A DNA stretch of 63,526 bases, filler included, from Craspedostauros australis (Eukaryota), in NCBI GenBank assembly GCA_030167865.1. It is 9 parts of 9 records of this genome, joined end to end, with 100 filler letters (N's around TTAATTAATTAA, not from the genome) between each part and the next. Parts side by side here need not be neighbours in the genome. Positions count along the whole stretch, not along the records: positions 11,402 to 41,086 come from JALAGF010003303.1; positions 41,187 to 44,818 come from JALAGF010003305.1; positions 44,919 to 52,656 come from JALAGF010003308.1; 6 more parts are not named here. One strand, written 5' to 3'. Made by a program: the position numbers and the translations under genes. Below the pieces are notes generated by a model, which saw only the letters and a program-made list of their open reading frames with translations, was not told the origin of the DNA and searched no databases. How positions within the stretch are numbered: position 1 is the first letter of the stretch; the number at the start of each line of letters is the position of its first letter. Shown in pieces: positions 35,873 to 47,900 of the stretch.

Positions 35873-37346
35873 TCATAGTCCCATGATGATCTCTTCCGCC
35901 AACGCATCCTCGGGCGGCATCTCGGTCTGATTCCCATCCGACGACTTGACATGATACGCGTAGACCCGCGTGCAGTTCTGCGCCAACGGCTCCAGCTCCG
36001 TGATGTCCTGAATGAGCTGCTTGACGAACCTGGATTCGCTGTTCCCCTTGCGCACGGTGTCCATGAACTTGGGCGTCTTCTTGGCCATATTTTTGCGACG
36101 CAGCAGGCTGGAGTGAAATCCAAAGGCCGCCATGTCGAGCGCGAATTTACGTTCCGGTGCCCAGAGCACGTGCATACCTTCCACGAGGCCCGTGGTCTCG
36201 TTGACGTTGCAGCGTTCGTACGTCGAACCTCCAACGAACGCGACGGGGAACGTGCCGAACCGTTTTATTTTGCGCAACTCGCTGAACAGTTGGACTGTTG
36301 CGGGCGAGTGCAGTTAGCATTGCAAGTTTGTCATAATGTAGCGGCATGTGTTTGCATGATGGCATTGTGAGCTGGTGGCGAACACATACACTTGAATACT
36401 GGAGTATGTGGCGGGCAAGGAACGTGCGGGAGAGGCTGTTGCAATCCTATGCGGCAGTTGAACACACACACACGCCAAACCAGGCCAAGCACACGTAGTC
36501 AATGGAGATTCGGACACTGTATCGCGACACATGCGCACCAAGCCAAGAGAGCCAAACCCAACGTCGGTTGCCAACAACGGGAAGCTCACCATGATACCCG
36601 TTGTCGTCATCTCCAAAGTAAACAATCCCATAGCGGCGTTTGCTCTCGAAGTAATCTCGGATCAATTGCAAAGCAGCATTGCGCTGCGCGCGTCCTTGTC
36701 CCAAATGCGCCAGTTCCGGCGGCGTGAGGACCGCAATGTGCGCAAAGGGGATTGTGCTGGATCCTTCCTCCAGCAAATTCCGCACCTTCTTGGAGCAGCC
36801 CGTGCTGTCCTCCACGACGATCCAGTAAATCAACCCCCGGTTCGTCTTGCGTTGCGCTTGCGCCGGTTGCTCGAGAACTTGCAACACGCCCTGCAACGCA
36901 TCGGCCTGCATGGCCTGCTGCACGCGGAAGAGATCCACGAGCTGCGTCGATCGTTGGTAGGTCGGCGTGATGAAGAAGATGAGGGGTTCGTCGCGCATGC
37001 CGTAGTACAACGAGCCCGGATTGTCGTAGTAGTACGTGTCCAGGTCGTTGGTGGTCAGGATGCGTTCCTCCATCTCGTCGTACGCATCTCGGGACTTGTA
37101 CTCGCGCAACGTCCTTGGCAGGATCCGGGGCGCCGGCAGTTGCTCGTCATCCTCGCTGTCCGGCGGTTGTGCGCTTTGCACAGAGATGGCCGTCTCCGCA
37201 CACAGCGCCGCGTCCGCCTGCTTCTGCAGAAGGCTCGTCGATCGCAATTGTGAGTAGAGGGAGATGGCCGCAGTCAGAACGAACAGCAATGGCAGCAGTG
37301 TTTGGTATCGCGGCGACTTGGGTATTGTTATTGCCGTCATCGTCAT
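35873..37346 (-). CDS. glycosyltransferase family 43 (beta-1,3-glucuronyltransferase/IRX9-like), type II membrane, join(36590..37346,35873..36294)
   Basis: TM anchor, then IFFITPTYQR, YWIVVED, RAQRNAAL, GIVYFGDDDN, DMAAFGF and VYAYHVK. Intron 36589-36295 has a G|GTGAGC donor, CTAAC branch point and CAACAG acceptor. Confidence 0.9.
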
Positions 37347-37568
37347 TGTGCAAAGCTCGGTGTCATGTTTGTTTGAGATTGTGGTGCTTTTTTTGTTTGG
37401 CGATTGTTGCGCGCCAAACCGCGATCGGCAAAACATCGCGCGGCGCCATCCGGAAATCTACGAGAAGCGGCCAACGAAGGTAGACGCGCTGGAGGCGGAT
37501 CTATCAACTGGACACCGTCATAAGTCTACGAACCATATGCTTCTGATCTGTGACTAATTTATGTGCAT

Positions 37569-39263
37569 CTAGCGAACTGCATTGCTAGAATCTCTTTCAT
37601 CGCTTGCTTTTGCCAAATCTTCTGACGCTCCGCTAGCCTCACATCTGCCATCCTCCACGATGACGGTAGTCGTAGCCTCCCCCAACGCTTTGCCACTCGT
37701 CTCCGGCAACAGTGCACTCATGAAGCACGTGAACAGTCCTATGCCCATCATGAGCATACCGATACTGGACGGCGCGATACCTGGCGTGATCAAGTAAGGA
37801 GCTGCGAATCCGCCCATGCGCCCGGCGGCATTGGCGGCGCTGTGTCCCGTCGTCCGGATGTCGGTCGGCAGCAGTTCCGACGTGGCGGCCCAGGTCGAGC
37901 AGCTGCCGGACATCATGAAGAATCGCACGGCGAAGGCCAAGGCGACAGTTGTGGTCCTGGGTGCGGATCCGCTGAGGCATCCCAGCAGCAAGCAGGCCGC
38001 GCCGCCCAGGAAGTACGCTGAGAACTGGGTTGCCACTAGTCCCAATTTGTCGATGACGAGCATGGAAGCAATTAGCCCGAACAATTCGGCAGACCCACTG
38101 ATGAAGAGTGCGTTGTAGTCAAAGCCATATGAATCATCGGCGCTTCCATCAAGGGCAGATGCATTGCTGCTTTGGAGGACTTCTTGGATGTCCGAAAACT
38201 CCAAAGAGATCAGCAGGATGCCGCCAAAATAAAGGAAGGATGATCCGATCCACAACGCAAATAGCTGCATGGTGAACTTGAACCACTTGGGTGACAGCAG
38301 CTTCAAACAAGAGTCGTCATCAGTTGACTCTTCTTCGTCGTGCGTGATCACGACATCGTCGGGGAACATCGTCCTCCCATCCTTCCCGTTCTTGTCGGCC
38401 GCATGCCTCAACACGACCAAGGCTTCTTCATGTCGGCCCTGGGTCAGAAGCCAGCGTGGTGATTCCGGGACGAGCCAAAACCCCAGGATCGCCGAAACCA
38501 CACAGGGAACGGCGCAGCAGATGACCATCAATCTCCATGAGCCTCCATCAGCTTCACCATCTCCGAGGGTCCACATGGCGATCAGCGGTGTCAGCAACGA
38601 TCCCAATGCCCAGAATAGCTCGATGTACAACAGATTCATACCCCGATTCGTTGTTGGAATGAATTCTGCGAAGATGTCGAATGGGACGGTGTCTCCGCCG
38701 GTCCCGAATCCGACCATGAAGCGGGCGACGTATAACCATCCAATACCGTTGACAAAGGCCGAGAGGATGCCAAAGGCGGCCACGATGATGGCGGTTGTCA
38801 AATACACCGGCCTGCGACCAATGCGATCTGCGAGGGTTCCGAGAACGACAGTTCCCAATATCGCACCGGCGAATACGACGGATACGACAGTGTCCATCTC
38901 TCGTTCGGTGAGATTCCACTCAGCGGTGAGCACGACGGTGAGGAATGACAGCAGCATGATCTCGATGGCATCCGATGCGAAACAGAGGCCTGCCGAGACC
39001 AAAACCTCGAACTGGAATCGTCCCATTCCGATCATGTCAATGGCGTCTTCAATATCGATCTCCAGGGCGTCGCTCTCAGCGCTGCTGCTGTTGCTGCTGG
39101 TCGAAGTGGCGCTGGTGAAGTCGCTGCTGCCGTATGCATCGTTCTTGAGGTAGTCATCGGAGCTGTCGCCGATGCCATCAATGCCATCATTGTCATCATT
39201 GGGAGTGGAGTCGTAGTGTGTTGGAAGTGCTCTGTACAAGGGCGTCGTTTCGTAGGACATCAT
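37569..39263 (-). CDS. MFS transporter, SVOP/SV2-related, copy 2 (diverged paralogue)
   Basis: Same motifs as 13229-14896, with many substitutions and small indels. Confidence 0.93.
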   Translation of the reverse strand: MMSYETTPLYRALPTHYDSTPNDDNDGIDGIGDSSDDYLKNDAYGSSDFTSATSTSSNSSSAESDALEIDIEDAIDMIGMGRFQFEVLVSAGLCFASDAIEIMLLSFLTVVLTAEWNLTEREMDTVVSVVFAGAILGTVVLGTLADRIGRRPVYLTTAIIVAAFGILSAFVNGIGWLYVARFMVGFGTGGDTVPFDIFAEFIPTTNRGMNLLYIELFWALGSLLTPLIAMWTLGDGEADGGSWRLMVICCAVPCVVSAILGFWLVPESPRWLLTQGRHEEALVVLRHAADKNGKDGRTMFPDDVVITHDEEESTDDDSCLKLLSPKWFKFTMQLFALWIGSSFLYFGGILLISLEFSDIQEVLQSSNASALDGSADDSYGFDYNALFISGSAELFGLIASMLVIDKLGLVATQFSAYFLGGAACLLLGCLSGSAPRTTTVALAFAVRFFMMSGSCSTWAATSELLPTDIRTTGHSAANAAGRMGGFAAPYLITPGIAPSSIGMLMMGIGLFTCFMSALLPETSGKALGEATTTVIVEDGRCEASGASEDLAKASDERDSSNAVR

Positions 39264-40038
39264 TGCTTTCAGCCACTTTGTTGTCGTCGTCGTTGTTGTT
39301 GTTGTCTCTTCGGTTGGATGGTTGTGTTGCGGAAGGTATGGTATTTGGAGTGTATGCGCAGGGAATGGAGTGTTGTGTTGGCATCGGAATTGGAGATCAA
39401 GTCGTACCGATTGCCATCCTGTGACTCAAGAGATAGACATCAAGAACGAAAGTTCGCACGCGACCAACCCTGTCACTCTTCCAGAATCGACGTCAACACG
39501 AATTCTGATTCAAAAAGCGAACTTTTCCGTTCTCCAAGCATCGGTCTGGCCTTCGTTCCACCCCACACATCAACACATCAAAACGAACTCGGAGTTCCCA
39601 CCAACCAGCCAACTCGACGCGTCACATCAACACATCAACACATCAACGCACACGCACGTCGGCGTGGACGATTCAAAGAAGACCTCGACGATCCATCAGT
39701 TTGCACACAAACCGTATTTCTGTCCCAACACCTCAACTCTGTTCCACTTGCACCACCACCGACACAGTACCGTAGTCATACGAGTATACTAACAAGAAGC
39801 GAGAGAGAGAGTACAAGCAAACCGAACCAATCCAAATCAATCCAATCGCAACAGCATCAGCATCAGCATCAACAACTCAAGGCCAGATCCCATTCCCAAC
39901 CATGATCATGCGCCTTTCATCATTTCTCATGGCGGCCATCGCCATCTCTTGTGCGATTGATGATGTCACAGCTTGGGCACCATCTTCTGCTTCCTCTCGA
40001 CTTGTCTCCGTGCGACAGCATCAGCACAAACAACAACG

Positions 40039-40071
<33 letters not shown>

Positions 40072-41086
40072 GCAAAGAACATCAGTATCGTTCTCGAATC
40101 ATGGCAACGCACTCACCAGCACACTTCAGAGCCATCGTCAAGAACGGACCAGACTGTGGTCATCGGAGGATACCACGAGCAGCACCACCGAGGAAGCATC
40201 ATCCGCCTCGTTCCTGACTGACAGCGAGTGGGACACGATCAAGGCGCTGCACGACAAGGCGCAGCAGGAAGATGGAACCTCACTGACTGACAGCGTGCTG
40301 CAGGCACTGCCGACCTTCGAACCAGCCTTGGTCATGAAGCTGCGCCAGCTCGGCGAGGATTCCACGTTGGATGACCGTCCTGAGTCCATCGCGATCGCCG
40401 GCGCCGTCAACGTCATCATGGATGAACGTCTCAACGAAGCACGCGATATCTTGCAGGATCTGCTGGGTGCCGGCGAGATTCGCAAGCTGGATTCGTTGAT
40501 CGGGAAGTACGCACGCGGTGGCAAGTTGGACGTGGCATTCTTCCAGGTGCTCAACATGAACCTGCAGGATGCCTCCAAGAGCATGGAGGAGGCCGGCGGT
40601 GGTGATAGTGACGACGGCGACAATCCGTTGCAGAATGCAGGTGCCAATCGATTCCAGATCCTGAAGCACATCTACACGCGCTGCCAGGAGGAGGTGGAGA
40701 AGACGATCCCAGCTGGTGTTGCGTTGCTCAACAAGCTTTTGCGCACAGAGCAGGCACCCATCCGATCCAACCAGCTGCAGCATTACCTGTGCCCGCAACC
40801 CAACACGATCACGACCCCGGATGGGAAGGAGCTGGAGCTGGATGGCCCAGGCCCGATCCTGGTTGCGCACACGGACTTCGTCGATGCCATTGGCAACGCT
40901 GTGAAGCAGATCCGCACCATCGAGAAGGGCGGTGGTGCCAGTGGTGAGGTGACCGCTGGATTGGTGGAATCCTGCCGGATCGTCGCGAAGGAGGCGCGGA
41001 TCGTGATCGGTGAGAATTTCGGTGTGGAAAGCGAGGAGCTGATAGCATTCGAGGATGGGTTGATGCCCGTCTTCCGTCCATCGTCG
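37601..41086. repeat. right arm of ~3.5-kb inverted repeat
   Basis: Reverse-complement homologue of 11402-14877; both contig ends stop at the same base (..CCGTCCATCGTCG). Confidence 0.95.
39902..41086 (+). CDS. plastid-targeted helical protein, copy 2, 3' truncated
   Basis: MIMRLSSFL..VTA|WAPSS with a polyQ (CAA)n in the transit peptide; mature part identical to copy 1. Confidence 0.8.
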
Positions 41087-41186
41087 NNNNNNNNNNNNNN
41101 NNNNNNNNNNNNNNNNNNNNNNNNNNNNNNTTAATTAATTAANNNNNNNNNNNNNNNNNNNNNNNNNNNNNNNNNNNNNNNNNNNN
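41087..41186. other. artificial contig-join linker
   Basis: N44-TTAATTAATTAA-N44. Confidence 0.97.
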
Positions 41187-44100
41187 GCCTCAGTTGGGTG
41201 CTCCAGATGGGATGCAAGATCTCTGATTGCATTCGCACACTCTGGTCCAACCTTCTTCATCATCCACAAGAGCTTGCCCACAATGGAACGATATCCCTTT
41301 CGATTCACTTCTGGATCTCCTTCCTTCGCTTTCTCAAGCGTGGTGGACGGGTATGCAGGTGTTTCAAAGAATCTGACTTGCTTGCCATGATGCGATTTGA
41401 ACTCCGCAATCATCTGGCCTACAAAGTCATCCATGTTCACCTCCAGGCACTTCCCATCCGAGTCTGTCAACTTTCGATACCAGACTCCGAGATGCTTCGT
41501 GAGTTCACCGAGATCCGTGATGTTGAATTTCTTTGCAATCTCCATCTTCACCCATTCCACGATATCCTCTTCTCCTCCGATGGCTGCATCATCGACGTAC
41601 ACAATGACCAAAGCTGCCACCCGTCCGTTGCGTTTGAGAGTGAACAGACATGGGTCTGCGAGGCTCTTGTCGAATCCGATCTGCACCAGAGCAATGGTAA
41701 ACGTCTTCATCCATGCTCTTGGTGCTTGCACCGTCCCGTACACTGCTTTCAGCAGTCTCGCCACGTGTTCAGATCTGTATCTGGAGTTGTCCTTGCCTTC
41801 GAGATCTCCGTCCAGGAACCCTTCCGGAATCTCCACGTACACTTCCTCTTCGATGTGCGCGTTCAGGAAAGCTGCCTCCACGTCCAATGCTTCGATCACC
41901 CATCCAGGATTCGCCAGGCACACTGCGAGCATCGTCCGGATCGTCGTGTCACTCGCCACAGGTGAGAAAGACTCCGTGAAATCAACTCCAGGAATCTGCT
42001 CATAGCCCTTCACCACCAATCTGGCTTTGTATCGAGTCGACCCATCCTGTTCCAGCTTCTTCACAAAGATCCATCTGGATTGCAAAGCGATCCTTCCATC
42101 CCCCATCCTCTTGCGATCCATGATGGCCAGGCAATCGCGAATCCGAAAATTCTCGACCTCCTTCATCGCTGCCTTCTTCCACTCCTCGCAGTCGGGTCTG
42201 GACAGCGCTTCGCCAAGGGTCTTTGGCAGTCCAGGGTCGGAAGTCAAGGATGCATTGAACACAGCCAGGATCTTTCCATGTTTGAATCTGGTGTTGGGTT
42301 TGCCATCATCGATGTCGTCGACTGTCATTGGCTGCCAGGTCGCCAGCCTTGCGCGCTCTCGATCCAGCTTTGTGCGTGGTTCTGCCTTGGCTCGTGGTGG
42401 AATCACAGGTTGCTCATCCAAATCGACGGAGATCATGTCATCATCTTCCTTGGCTTCACTCTCATCGCTAACCAGCGGTCCTCCAGCATCGAGTAAGATG
42501 TCATACATGTTGTCCATGTCGCCATCACCGACCTCTTTATCGATGTCAAAGGTCTTGCCTTGGATGACTTCTTCGTCGTCGTCTGAGGGAATAACGTGGG
42601 GTATACCTTTGATCGACACCTCCTTGGCCCGTTTGGCGCCGCCCGTCACTCTGATCCCATCCATCTCACGCAAGATCGATTTCGGTTTTGTCTTCGACTT
42701 CACCGGAGATTCCAATGTCACCGCTTTCGTCGCGCCCTTCGTCGCATCGATGATATCCACTCCATCGGTCAGGTTCGATCCATGCCACTCCATCCAGTTT
42801 ACATCTCTGGACAAGATCACCTTCTTTGTGTCCAGTTTGTACATCCTGTAGGTGTCGCCGGAATGGTTGTCGGCGTATCCGATCATCACTGCCTTGGTTG
42901 CTTTCGGACTCATCTTCGGTTGCTTCGTAGGGTCCTTGACGTACGCAATCCTTGCCCACTCTGTCAGGTTCTGGTAAAGCCTGGGAGTCTGCCCATAGAA
43001 GATTTCATCTGGACATCCCTTGCCTTTCTCCACCACAGTCAGGTTGTTGAGGCGGGTTGCTGTGTGAACGGCCTCCGCCCACAGCATTCCCTGTGATTCT
43101 GACGTCATCTTCGCATCCAGCATCAAAGCCAGCGCCGAGTCTCGAATCGTAACAAAACCTCGCTCCACGACTCCATTCATCTGTGGGGTGTGGGGTGCGG
43201 TGTATTCCAGCTCGATCCCATGCTCGTCACAAATCCTCATCAGCTTGCTCTGGTTCTCTCCAGCGTTGTCGCACCGAATTGCATTCACCTTCAGTCCCGT
43301 TCCGTCTAGCTTCACTACCAACTCTTTCACCTTCGCGGCCAGCTGGCTCTTTGCCTTGAGGAAATAACTCCACTTCTTTCTGGAGAACTCATCCACCACT
43401 AGCAACCAATAGTTGCTTCCCTTCGCCGTCTTTTTGTACGGTCCGGAGATGTCCAGAAAGAGGCGATCAGCCACCTTGGAGGCCTTCTCCATCGCCATCT
43501 TCCTTACTCCTTTGGCCTTGGCTTTTGCCATGGCGCATGCTTCGCAGGACTTCCACACTCCAGTGAGCTTCCATCCGGCTGCCGCTGCCGTTAGCTTGGT
43601 GTACCGCTCGTTGGGATGCCCCAAGATACGATGCGCGCGATTGATGTCCATCACCGTCTTCCTCGCACTATCTCCTTTCTTCTCCGCCTGCATCACCGCT
43701 CTGGCTAGTTTTGGTTGCGGCTTGCACTTCAGGAAGTAGAGATCTGCTTCTCCATGTCCTGGTTCCCTGTGGAAGATCATTTGGTTCTTCATGTCTGAAT
43801 GGCCGATCTCGATGGTATCCCGCCTGCCCCGTATCTCACATCCTTTCTCCAGGAATATGGGAATACTGATGATGTTGTGGGCGAATCCTGGCACCACATA
43901 CACCGTCTTCAGGACGAACTTGGTTCCTTCCACCGTCTCACCATGGAATTCTCCCACATGAGTTGGCGTCACCACCGTCCTGTCGCCAACCTGCACCGTC
44001 GTGTCTCTTCCTGCTGTCCTCAAGTTTCGGATATGGTCTGGCTTCCACACGACATGGCATGTCGCTCCAGTATCTGCCAGCCACTTATCCTCATCTCCGN

Positions 44101-44818
44101 CATCACGACTGTTTCCGCAGTTGCGGCAGGTCAAGTCCGACATGCCGACAAACATCCCAGACTCTCCATCGCTCCTGTTGTTGCCATCAGACTTGTTCTT
44201 CTCCGGGCAATCTTTTGCCTTGTGACCTTTCTTCTTGCATCGGAAGCACTTGATCCTCTGCAAGTAGCTGTCGTCGTTGTTGACCTGTCCAGCCCAGCAG
44301 TCAGCTGCCTTGTGGCCGTATTTGCCACACTTGGTACATGTTCCTTTGTACCTGCCAAACCTCCTGCCGACCTGGGATGTGAATGCTTGGTTCGCTGACC
44401 CAACTCCATCACCTCCCTCATCGCCAACCTTGCGTTTCCAGAATCTGATGAGAGACTTCCGCAGAGTGTCCCACTTCAGGTCACCGTCGTTGAGTTCCCT
44501 GTCCAATGTGGTCTTGAGTTCGCTGTAGATCGATTCCGGAAGATTCACCATGACGTGTGCGATGCAATCGTCGTCGCTCTTGGTCACTCCGAAATCCTTC
44601 AGCTCCTTCACGATGCGGTTGATGCGCATCATCCACTGACTTGGGTCCTCATCTGGCGGGTTCAGTGTACAAGTGGTGAACTCGTTCAGCTTCGATACCT
44701 TATCCGCCTTGTCTCTTGGGGCGTATCTGTCCTGAAGTGCGGTCAACGCTGCCACTGCGTCACCCTTCGGTTGGTGGTCAGTCTTGCAGTCTCGCACGAT
44801 GCTCCTTGCCAGCCCATC
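41187..44818 (-). mobile_element. Ty1/Copia LTR retrotransposon internal region (gag-PR-IN-RT), open frame, both ends truncated
   Basis: Two CCHC knuckles (CTKCGKYGHKAADC, CFRCKKKGHKAKDC), protease WLADTGA, GAG-pre-integrase HRILGH..CEAC, integrase D(ISGP)..IRCDNAGE..PQMNGVVER, RT YKARLVVKGY..LDVEAAFL..VYGTVQAP..VYVDD. The PR-IN-RT order identifies it as Copia. Confidence 0.96.
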
Positions 44819-44918
44819 NNNNNNNNNNNNNNNNNNNNNNNNNNNNNNNNNNNNNNNNNNNNTTAATTAATTAANNNNNNNNNNNNNNNNNNNNNNNNNN
44901 NNNNNNNNNNNNNNNNNN
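44819..44918. other. artificial contig-join linker
   Basis: N44-TTAATTAATTAA-N44. Confidence 0.97.
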
Positions 44919-47900
44919 CATGCATTTGATCAGATGATGACGCAAGGCAAGCAGCGCGGTGCATCTGCGTCCACAACGCCAGAAGCAACGCCGACATTAA
45001 CATCAACGCCAATGCCAACATCAACGTCAAACCCATCCATTCCAGCCGCCTTCGTCTGGGGTGGCAGCGGGACGGGCAAATCTCACCTCGTCGACACATT
45101 CTGCGAGCGCATCAGCAACGAGCGCCGCAGCGACGGTGTGAACGTTCACATTATCAAGGGCAAGTTCGAGCAGCACCAGAAGAACGATCCCTACTCGGCC
45201 ATCACACAAGCATTCTCCGATTGGTGTTCTTCGTTGCTGCTATCCACTGCTGGGAAAGGATCAGACAAGCAGAATGGAATGGCCAATAGCAAACAGAGTA
45301 TATCATGGGGGGACGGCACTAATGACAATACTCATATGAATACACCTGCGAATACAAGTCTCAAGCGGTTGCGGACCAGAGTCAAAGCCAGCCAGATGAC
45401 ATCGGAACAAGCAGAGCTCTTGCAGACCTTCATTCCGCCCCTGTCCATCCTCTTCAACGACGGAGCGGATGCACAACAGTTTGGATCAGGAACACAGTCG
45501 CAGTCACAGGCACAGCCACATCCCAACTCCCGGACTTCGCAGATGCCCAACAACGACACAGCATGGAACACGTTTCAGTACGCGTTCGTCCAATTCCTGA
45601 CGGCCATTTCATCGAAGGCGTGTCCGTTGGTGCTGGTATTGGATGATCTGCAGTGGGCATCGCAGGACAGCATGAACCTTCTGTCCACCCTGCTGCATCG
45701 ACCTCACTTCCTTTGGATGGGCACCATCCGGCAGGAGTACAACCCTCATTCGCACGATGAGCTGTTGGATCCAGACGCCAGCCTGCCATTCATGAAGCTG
45801 CTGGACGAGATGCGGCAAGGACAGCCGCAGGACTTGCCAGCCGTTGCCACGCCCGGCGTTGATACGGCAATAAGCCTGGCGCTGCCATACGTCAGCGTCC
45901 AGCTTGCCAACTTCACTCGACAAGAGCTGCATGACTGGGTGTCCCAGCTGTTTCGCCAGAGTGACAACGAAACCACTTCTCATGAGCTGGCAAGTGGTCA
46001 TAGTCATGACCATAGCGAAGCCAAGGAAGAGGAAGAGGACGCCCGTGATGAATACACCATCGATCTGATCAACAGCATCGTCGACTTCCTCTTCAAGCAG
46101 ACTAAAGGCAACATCTTCCACGCCGTGCAGCTGCTGCAGGACATGGAACAAAACAACGAGCTGACATACAGTCGCATCTCCTTCCAGTGGGAGCTTAACA
46201 GCGATCTCAATGCGAATAGCGATGCGAGCCGAAACACTCTCCCTGGGGATTCGAGAGATGTTCTGCATCTCGTCACCTCCAAGTTAAGGGCCCTGTCCGT
46301 CGAGATGCAGAGGGTGCTGGCCATCGCCTCCTACATCCGATCATCGTTCGATGTCAGCCTGCTGCAGGCTGTGTTGGATCATGAACAAAATCATAGCCAC
46401 AGTCACGGCCACGTCCACGAAGACATCTTCGAGAGTATCGATGCCAATGCACATGTCATCGCCGGTGCGAATGCTTGTGAAAGCACCGACGACGCCTCGA
46501 AGAACCAAAAGCACCGATCACTTTTCGCCTTGCTGGAACAGGCCGTGCTGGAAGATCTGCTACACAACTCGATTGGTGCAACCACGTATCGCTTTGCACA
46601 CGATCGCATCCAGCAGGCAGCCCACGACCTGGTGCCGTTTGGGGAGACCCGGACCAAGCTCCGGCTCCGCATCGGCCAATGCCTTTGGGGGCTGTGCACG
46701 AGCGCGGAGTCCAGCATGGCGAATCAAGGCACCCCAGGACACGGCGGGGTGCACGCCTCGATCGCCAACGACACGGGGCTGATGTTCATTGCAGCAGAGC
46801 ATCTGAACTGCGTACCCGACAAGGATCACCTGCGAACCATGCAACGGAACCTCCGCACTGGAGAGCATGCTTTGCAGATGACCGCCCTCGTCCCGGCTGC
46901 GACGTACCTGCAGATTGCCGCAACCGCACTGCGAAAGCTCAAGTGCGATCCATGGCAAAGTCACTACGACCTGACGCTCCGGCTGTTACGCGGACGATGC
47001 GACGTTGAGCTTCTGCTGGGGAACTATGAGCAGGGATACTCAATTGGTGAAGAGGTGCTGAAGCATGCCACGGCGCTCATCGACAAGCTCCCCACATACG
47101 ATGCCATGGCGAGAGCTCTGGCCAAAGAGGGCAAGCACCAGAAGTCCCTTCAAATGAGCAAGAAGTGCGCGCAGATGTGCAGCTTGTACCCAAAGCGTGG
47201 CATCCTTTTGCGCGGCCTTCGCCAGCTGGTGTCATTGCGATCGTACTTTCGTCGCACGTCAGATGAAGAGTTTCTGGAGAATGCTACTGTCATCACGGAC
47301 CCTCAGACGCTGTTGCCAATAAGCCTACTGAGGCAGCTCACTGCACGTACGCTTTTGTGCAATGATACCAAGGCGTGGCTTCTGACCGTAACGCGTCTCG
47401 TCGACATCACAAGGCGGGTGGGCATATGCGGGGAGTGCGCGAATGCGATGGTATCGTTTGCGATGATCCATAACAAGCTGGGTGAGTATACGAATGCCCG
47501 CAGATACGTGGAATTGGCCAAGAAGATTATCCGGAAGGTTGGCGAAAACAATAGATACACGAGCTTCGTCTACTACCTGGCCGCGTCATTCATTGATCAA
47601 TACTCCAAGCCACCAGCAGAAGTTGCATCGGACTTTCAGTACTCCTACAGCTCTGCTATGTCCAAGGGTGAGTTTGAGATTGGGATCCTTGCTCACTATG
47701 GATACATCTTCCACGCATTCAACCAAGGTTACCCATTGGGCGGCCTCTTGCCTGCCATTGACTCGGTCTTCGAGCAAATGAAGATGTACAAAATGAATGG
47801 GCATTTCGAATCGATCACCGAGTACACCAGCGCACCCAGAAAAATTGCGGGGGCGCTTCCCATCGATTGGCAGGAATGCATGGATTGGAAGAAGTACGAA

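Noticed and set aside
11402..41086. Giant DNA transposon, Polinton or linear plasmid with terminal inverted repeats
   Set aside because: No transposase, integrase, polymerase or capsid gene inside; the arms are ordinary host genes and the interior holds housekeeping genes.
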